A stretch of DNA of 64,000 nucleotides from a virus, in IMG/VR virus record IMGVR_UViG_3300030012_002034, positions 32,001 to 96,000 of that record. One strand, written 5' to 3'. The translations under genes and the position numbers were made by a program. Below the pieces are notes generated by a model. It was not told where the DNA came from and searched no databases. It saw only the letters and a program-made list of their open reading frames with translations. Below, one piece after another: positions 58,099 to 64,000 of this stretch; position 1 is the stretch's first letter; each line of letters opens with the position of its first letter.

Positions 58099-58809
58099 AT
58101 GGCGTTAAGTACAAAAGACCTACAAGAAGGAGGTGCATCGGTCAAAAAAACAATTGCACCCGGAAATCATACGTTAAAAATTAATAGCTTAAATTTAGAA
58201 AAGTTTAAGTTTGTAGAAGATGCGTATCACCTTATATTAAATGTGGAAACAGAACCACTTAAAGACTTTGAAGGTTTTTTAGTTGATCCTAATAATCCAG
58301 ATGGAGGCAGATACGCAGGTCAAGTTGGTAGAGTTAAGACTAACAGATATGCATATGCAGATGGTGAAACAAGATCAGGATTTAAAGTAAACAGAGATAG
58401 ATCTATTTTAATATTTATTAAAAGCATGTGTAAAGCACTAGATGTAGCAGAAGATTCTGATACATTTACTGACTGGTTTACAAATGAAGACGGTAAACAT
58501 GAAACAATTGAATCATTTGTAGAAGCCTTTGATAATAAAATACAAAATAGTGAAAAAGTATATTTAGATTTTGCTATTGGAGGTAGAGAATGGGAAAACA
58601 AAAATGGTTACATAAACTATGATATGTTTTTACTAAAACCAATGAAAGGCACATTTGCTTTTGGTGAACCAGGTTCTAATAAAATTATGACTTATAATGA
58701 AAAAGATCCTAAACATTTAATACCTCTTAAAATTAAAGACGTAGAGTCTTTTGGAGATGAGGATATTTCAATTCCTAGTAATACATCTGGTGACTTTAGT
58801 TTAGATTAA
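58099..58809 (+). CDS. Putative SSB/recombination mediator
   Basis: Follows Sak4-like ATPase; beta-rich with acidic tail GDFSLD; terminator at 58822-58852. Confidence 0.55.
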   Translation: MALSTKDLQEGGASVKKTIAPGNHTLKINSLNLEKFKFVEDAYHLILNVETEPLKDFEGFLVDPNNPDGGRYAGQVGRVKTNRYAYADGETRSGFKVNRDRSILIFIKSMCKALDVAEDSDTFTDWFTNEDGKHETIESFVEAFDNKIQNSEKVYLDFAIGGREWENKNGYINYDMFLLKPMKGTFAFGEPGSNKIMTYNEKDPKHLIPLKIKDVESFGDEDISIPSNTSGDFSLD

Positions 58810-58867
58810 TTAAATTAATTTAAGAGGGAGTCATGGGGATGGCTCCCTTTTTTATTAAATTTAATTT

Positions 58868-59881
58868 ATGATTTCAACTAAAAATTTAATTTCAAGTATA
58901 AATGAAGTTCCAACTGAATGGATATTTGAATACTATTTAAATCTAGAAGAAAAACTAACAGGACAAACTGTTCAAATAAGATCAGTATTTAATCCTAGAG
59001 AAAGAACACCATCAATGTTTTTATTTCCAGGAGAGATAAGCACTAATAAATATTTCTTTAAGGATTACTCAACAGGTAATGCAGGTAGTAGTGTTAAATT
59101 GGTAATGTTATTAAATAATATTCCGTATTGGAAAGCAAAATTAAAAGTTATCCAAGATTATAATGAGTATACCCTAGATACTAAATACACACCTCTTAAA
59201 GAATTTAAAGTACATAATAAATATCAAGTTGATGATTATGAGATTAGACACTGGACTAATCTTGATCAGAACTATTGGAGTATGTATAAGATAAATTCTA
59301 GATTGCTTGAAGCTTATAATGTTTCTCCTTTGACTTATTACACTATGAGTAAAAGAGAAGATGATAAGAAGAAAGTAATTAAGATTGAAGGTAGAAATAT
59401 CTACGGATACTTTAAAGATGATGGAACATTATATAAAATATATCAACCTAAAGTAAAAAAGAAAAAGTTTATAAAAGTAAGAAACTATATACAGGGATCT
59501 GAACAGCTTAAATATGATAAAGAGTTTCTTATTATATGTTCATCTCTCAAAGATATGCTTGCGTTTAATAAACTTAAAATTACTAATGGAGAATGTATTG
59601 CACCGGATAGTGAAAATACTTTAATACCAGAAGCTGCTTTAAATAAAATTACTGAAAGATATAAAGATGTATGTGTTGTATTTGATAATGATGAAGCAGG
59701 TATTAGATCTATGAAAAGATATCAGGATAAATTTAATTTTAAATATGTTATCTTAGATCTTGAAAAAGATATATCTGATGCCGTTAAAAAGTATGGTATA
59801 GATAAAACAAGAAATATTCTTTTTAAACTTTTGAAAGAACAACTTAGACCAAATGAAACAACAATTAAAAACACAAATTAA
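58868..59881 (+). CDS. DNA primase (crAss-like, Toprim)
   Basis: ERTPS, FKDYSTG, YW, KIYQP, SSLKD, FDND.AG, KDISD motifs. Confidence 0.85.
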   Translation: MISTKNLISSINEVPTEWIFEYYLNLEEKLTGQTVQIRSVFNPRERTPSMFLFPGEISTNKYFFKDYSTGNAGSSVKLVMLLNNIPYWKAKLKVIQDYNEYTLDTKYTPLKEFKVHNKYQVDDYEIRHWTNLDQNYWSMYKINSRLLEAYNVSPLTYYTMSKREDDKKKVIKIEGRNIYGYFKDDGTLYKIYQPKVKKKKFIKVRNYIQGSEQLKYDKEFLIICSSLKDMLAFNKLKITNGECIAPDSENTLIPEAALNKITERYKDVCVVFDNDEAGIRSMKRYQDKFNFKYVILDLEKDISDAVKKYGIDKTRNILFKLLKEQLRPNETTIKNTN

Positions 59882-60314
59882 ACACAACTTGGAGTGTTGG
59901 AAGTATCAAGGTGTAGAATTTACTGATGATATGATTCCAGAAGATGCTGTAGGATTTGTGTATGAAATGAGTACAATACTCAATGGTAAGTTTGTTAAAT
60001 ATATCGGTAAGAAAAACTTTTATAGCAATGTAAAAACTAAGCTGCGTAAGAAAGATATGCCTACTGATAAAAGGAAAAAGACATATAAAAGAATAAAGAA
60101 GCTTAATTATCAAAAATACTTTAGTAGTAATGAGGTACTAAAAAAAGCAAGAAAAGATGGTTATCCAATTAAAAGAGAGATACTTTGTATTTGTAACTCA
60201 AAACTTCAGCTATCTTATATGGAAGCAAGACAACAATTTTTATGTGATGTATTAATAAGAGATGAGTATTTGAATGGTAACATCTTAGGTAAGTTTTATA
60301 AAGGAAAAATATGA
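59853..60314 (+). CDS. GIY-YIG (Seg-like) nuclease
   Basis: GFVY...KYIGKK...Y.SS...REIL...E...N.NI.G. Confidence 0.75.
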   Translation: MKQQLKTQIKHNLECWKYQGVEFTDDMIPEDAVGFVYEMSTILNGKFVKYIGKKNFYSNVKTKLRKKDMPTDKRKKTYKRIKKLNYQKYFSSNEVLKKARKDGYPIKREILCICNSKLQLSYMEARQQFLCDVLIRDEYLNGNILGKFYKGKI

Positions 60315-61504
60315 CAAAAAACAAATCTGACTCTCTAGCAAAAGCTAGTAAAGAGTTAATGATGATTGAACCTTTTTATGGGTTCTTTCTAATTATGCTA
60401 AACAAAATTTGGACAAAGACACAAGTTCCTACTGCAGGAGTTTGTAAGAATGGTATCAATTACCAGCTATGTATTAATGAAGACTTCTGGGATTCACTAG
60501 ATAAAAAGAAAGAGTTAGGTATATTGAAACATGAATTGCTTCATGTAGCATTTAATCATCTTACTCATTTTTATTTTCCTGATAAAAGATTAGCAAATAT
60601 TGCTATGGACATGGAAATCAATCAATACATTAATAAAACCTGGTTACCAGAAGATGGTATATTTATTGAAAACTATGAAGATCTTAAATTAGATCACAAA
60701 GCAGGATGTAAGTATTACTATAAAAAACTTCAAGAAGCTAAAGAAGATAAAAAACAGAATGGTACAAGTGGTTGTGAAGAGTTTGATAGATTATGTGATC
60801 AGCTTGATGAAGGAGAAGATCCAGTTAAGAATCATGATATGTGGAAAGACTTTCAAGATTTATCTGAGACAGAGAAAAAACTTATTGAGAAGCAGATAAA
60901 AAGAGTTCTTACTCAAGCTTCTGATATGGCTGAATCAAAGTCTAGAGGTTGTACTCCTGGAGAAATCAAAGATCTTATTAAAGTAGATGAGGTGCTTCCA
61001 CCTAAGTTTGATTGGAAGAATTATGTAAGACGTTTCTCAGGGACTTCTTCTAGAGTATTTACTAAAAAGCTTAGAAGGAAGGAGAATAGGAAGTTTGAAG
61101 ATAACCCTGGTCTTAAAATTAAGATGAAGAAGCATGTCTTACTAGCAATTGATACTTCAGGTTCTGTATCTAATGAAGAGGTAAAGGAATTTATGAATGA
61201 AATGAAACATATTTATAAAACAGGGGTAGCTATGACGCTAGCTCAGTGTGATACTTCTATAAGAAAAATAGAACCATATAACGGAAGTAATGAATTAAAT
61301 ATTGAAGGAAGAGGTGGAACTGAGTTTGATCCTATTCTAGATTATTTTAATGCAAACTTAAGAAAATATACAAGTCTTATATATTTTACTGATGGAGAAT
61401 GCTACACTAGTGTAAAACCCCAAGCACCTGTGCTATGGGTACTATCTGAATGCTCAAGCATGAATGATAAACTACCAGGAAAGGTAATTAAATTAGAGTT
61501 ATAA
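60311..61504 (+). CDS. Metallopeptidase-like plus VWA domain protein (DUF2201-like)
   Basis: HELLH, N.A.D.EIN, DTSGS, GRGGT.F, YFTDG. Confidence 0.85.
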   Translation: MTKNKSDSLAKASKELMMIEPFYGFFLIMLNKIWTKTQVPTAGVCKNGINYQLCINEDFWDSLDKKKELGILKHELLHVAFNHLTHFYFPDKRLANIAMDMEINQYINKTWLPEDGIFIENYEDLKLDHKAGCKYYYKKLQEAKEDKKQNGTSGCEEFDRLCDQLDEGEDPVKNHDMWKDFQDLSETEKKLIEKQIKRVLTQASDMAESKSRGCTPGEIKDLIKVDEVLPPKFDWKNYVRRFSGTSSRVFTKKLRRKENRKFEDNPGLKIKMKKHVLLAIDTSGSVSNEEVKEFMNEMKHIYKTGVAMTLAQCDTSIRKIEPYNGSNELNIEGRGGTEFDPILDYFNANLRKYTSLIYFTDGECYTSVKPQAPVLWVLSECSSMNDKLPGKVIKLEL

Positions 61505-61522
61505 TTAAAAAAAATAAAGCAA

Positions 61523-62698
61523 ATGAGTGGTACTCAATTAAATACTAATGAATTAAAAGATTTTTTAAAGCATATTGTTAAGAATAATAAACAAATTCAG
61601 GAAGATGGAAAGATTCCTGTAGCTGTAAATATAGAAGGTGACGCAGGTCTAGGTAAAACTTCTGCAATAATGCAATTAGGTGAAGAGCTTAATATGCATG
61701 TAGTAAAGATTAACTTATCACAGATAGAAGAAATAGGTGATCTTGTTGGTTTTCCTGTAAAAGAATTTCAAATACAGAATAAAGAAGGTAAAACTACTTG
61801 GATTACTGAACCTCAGATTAGTACAGCTACTAAAAAAGGTTACAAGGTTGTAGCTAAGAGAATGTCTCACGCTGTACCTGAATGGATACAAGGTAAAGAT
61901 GAAGGTGGTTTCCTAGTTCTTGATGATTATACTAGAGCTGATCATAGATTCATGCAAGCTTGTATGGAGTTAATTGATAGACAAACTTATATCTCTTGGA
62001 CATTACCTAAGAACTGGCATATAGTATTAACTACTAATCCAGACAACGGAGACTATAATGTTACTTCTTTAGATGATGCTCAGAGAACTAGATTTATATC
62101 CGTTGATATAAAGTTTGATGTAGATGTATGGGCTAAGTGGGCAGAAGCAGAAGGTATTGATGGTAGATGTATTAACTTTTTATTAATGCATCCTGAACTT
62201 GTAAGCCAGAAGATCAATCCAAGGTCTATCACAACTTTCTTCAACTCTATTAGTTCTATAGATAAGTTTGAAGAAGAGTTACCTTTAATTCAAATGATTG
62301 GTGAAGGATCAGTTGGATCTGAATTCTCAAGCATGTTTACTATGTTTATTAATAATAGACTAGATAAGATTGTTTCTCCTAAAGATGTTCTATTTAATAC
62401 AAATCAGGACTATATTACAGGACAATTAAAAGCAGCTACTACACAAGGTGGAACAGAATTTAGAGCAGATATCAGCAGCATTATTGCTACAAGAACTGTC
62501 AACTATGCTTTACATTATGCAAAAACAAACGCAGTTAAGAAAGAATTAATTGATAGATTGATTTATCTTTCTACGGATTGTGAGTCTTTCACTAATGATC
62601 TTAAATATTATATCATTAAGGAAATAGTTAATGGAAACAAAATTAAGTTTGCTAAACTTCTTATGCACAAAGATGTGGTTAAGATGGCTGTTAAATAA
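61523..62698 (+). CDS. MoxR-type AAA+ ATPase
   Basis: GDAGLGKT, LDDYTRA, TTNP, D.AQ.TRF, NPRS; partner of VWA gene; terminator at 62751-62775. Confidence 0.85.
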   Translation: MSGTQLNTNELKDFLKHIVKNNKQIQEDGKIPVAVNIEGDAGLGKTSAIMQLGEELNMHVVKINLSQIEEIGDLVGFPVKEFQIQNKEGKTTWITEPQISTATKKGYKVVAKRMSHAVPEWIQGKDEGGFLVLDDYTRADHRFMQACMELIDRQTYISWTLPKNWHIVLTTNPDNGDYNVTSLDDAQRTRFISVDIKFDVDVWAKWAEAEGIDGRCINFLLMHPELVSQKINPRSITTFFNSISSIDKFEEELPLIQMIGEGSVGSEFSSMFTMFINNRLDKIVSPKDVLFNTNQDYITGQLKAATTQGGTEFRADISSIIATRTVNYALHYAKTNAVKKELIDRLIYLSTDCESFTNDLKYYIIKEIVNGNKIKFAKLLMHKDVVKMAVK

Positions 62699-62792
62699 AA
62701 CTTCAACAGTTTCCAAATAAAGAAAAATTAAATAAGTTTATTCACAAGTTAAAGGGGTCTTAGGATCCCTTTTTCATTTTAAAAAAAGCTAT

Positions 62793-64000
62793 ATGGAAGA
62801 TATGCAAAAAATAATTGAATTAAATGTTAAAACATTAGATGCAAATGGTGATGATCCAAATACTTGGATAGATAATGCTAATGCTCATGAGTATACATAT
62901 ACGTTTAGTATAGTTGCTAGACCGCCAATGATTGTCTATGAATCAATAGAAGAGTTATATACTGATCTTAAATGGAACAAAGACCAGAATAATGTAGGTA
63001 CAGTAGTAGTTAAGAAAGGAACTAAATTTCATTTTACTCCTGGTGTTAAATTTCCAAGACAACAATTTAAAGAACTACAACAAGCTCATGGAGTTAAATC
63101 TATAAGAGATATAAGTAAGGCAGATTATATTATAATTGATAATAATATGACAGAAAGAACAGTTCAACAAAAATGGAAGCATGGAGTAATAAAAGGCTCA
63201 ACAATGTTTAATGTTTTATATTTTCTTAATGAAGACTTTATACCAATGTATAAGGATCGGGTAAGTGAATGTTATAAACAAGAAATTCTAGATAATGTTG
63301 ATAAAGATCATATGTTTGAACTTGACTATAAAGATCTAAGTCGTGTCCGTTATGCATTAAAATACTTACGTGGAGAACATAAGTATGAAGTTGATAATGG
63401 AAGAAAAGGTTACTTAACTCCACAAGATGAGGCCCTTCTTCAACTTACTATAAATGAACTTAAAGGCACAAGTAAGTATCATAATATAGTTGATGAAAAT
63501 GATTATAAAACTCTTCTTGAATTTCAGAAAGATGATATATCTGAAAGATTAATTGATACTGATTTATTGTCTAAAGTTATTGACAAACACTTAGACAAAG
63601 TTGTTCTTGATGAAGAACAGTATCAAGCTTTAGATACAATGTTTAAAAGTTCTGATGAGGATAATCACATAATTGCTATGGAGATTATGGCTAACTGTCA
63701 CTTTAAAGATAGTCTTCTGTACATTGAGAAGTTATTTCTTGATTATTCTCACAAAATGTGGAATACGGGAAAAGCTAATCATGTAAACTTTAAGAATCTA
63801 AGAAGTTTAGTTGATAGAGCTGATACCTATGACATGAAATATGATAGAGGTTTTGATCATTCAATGAAAGTTTTAGAGAAGTTTGGTATGTTTACTCCAG
63901 AAAATATTAACTTTATGTTAGAAACACATATGAGTAAACTTAATCAATTACTTAATTCTACCAGTAGTTATTTTAATATTAAATCTATAACTTTAAATGA
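62793..64000 (+). CDS. Partial protein with BRCT-like domain (runs off window)
   Basis: Open frame MEDMQKIIELNV...; FTPGVKFPRQQFKEL...IRDISKADYIII; later MFKSSDEDNH motif. Confidence 0.65.
   Translation, partial: MEDMQKIIELNVKTLDANGDDPNTWIDNANAHEYTYTFSIVARPPMIVYESIEELYTDLKWNKDQNNVGTVVVKKGTKFHFTPGVKFPRQQFKELQQAHGVKSIRDISKADYIIIDNNMTERTVQQKWKHGVIKGSTMFNVLYFLNEDFIPMYKDRVSECYKQEILDNVDKDHMFELDYKDLSRVRYALKYLRGEHKYEVDNGRKGYLTPQDEALLQLTINELKGTSKYHNIVDENDYKTLLEFQKDDISERLIDTDLLSKVIDKHLDKVVLDEEQYQALDTMFKSSDEDNHIIAMEIMANCHFKDSLLYIEKLFLDYSHKMWNTGKANHVNFKNLRSLVDRADTYDMKYDRGFDHSMKVLEKFGMFTPENINFMLETHMSKLNQLLNSTSSYFNIKSITLN

Noticed and set aside
49736-63423. Short - strand ORFs within the replication arm (49736, 51851, 57415, 58320, 59865, 63238)
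   Set aside because: Antisense shadows of + strand genes
1-64000. Stop-codon reassignment as in some crAss-like phages
   Set aside because: Core genes are full length in the standard code, and TAG and TGA both end genes that abut the next start

Overview
AT-rich (roughly 30% GC by eye) 64-kb segment of a crAss-like (Crassvirales-type) bacteriophage, probably infecting an environmental Bacteroidota/Flavobacteria host. It reads in standard genetic code. Two divergent arms meet at about 41.2-41.5 kb. The minus-strand late arm (41.2 kb to 1) encodes a SpeD-like pyruvoyl decarboxylase, basic GG-motif proteins, agmatinase, a LamG protein, a metallophosphoesterase, a lysis cassette, HU/IHF-like proteins, a PD-(D/E)XK nuclease, large terminase, portal, scaffold-like protein, major capsid protein, six tiny Lys/Arg-rich genes, ring and auxiliary capsid proteins, Cys-rich fibre/hub proteins, the tail stabilisation (muzzle) protein and the start of a modular cargo protein. 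The plus-strand arm starts with terminator-promoter-gene cassettes sharing an 18-bp motif. It continues into a ~2-kb, mostly non-coding island packed with structured RNA candidates, including a ~850-nt multi-helix ncRNA flanked by an ArfA-like peptide gene and a PNK-type phosphatase gene. Replication and host-takeover genes follow: SSB-like, HNH, SF2 helicase, ClpS, UDG, DnaB, AAA ATPase, primase, GIY-YIG and a VWA/MoxR pair. The most novel signals are RNA-level: the large ncRNA island, a 3'-UTR hairpin whose loop is complementary to start regions of several late genes, and a T4 gene-32-like pseudoknot in front of an SSB-like gene. All calls come from reading motifs and synteny by eye; no searches or folding programs were run.
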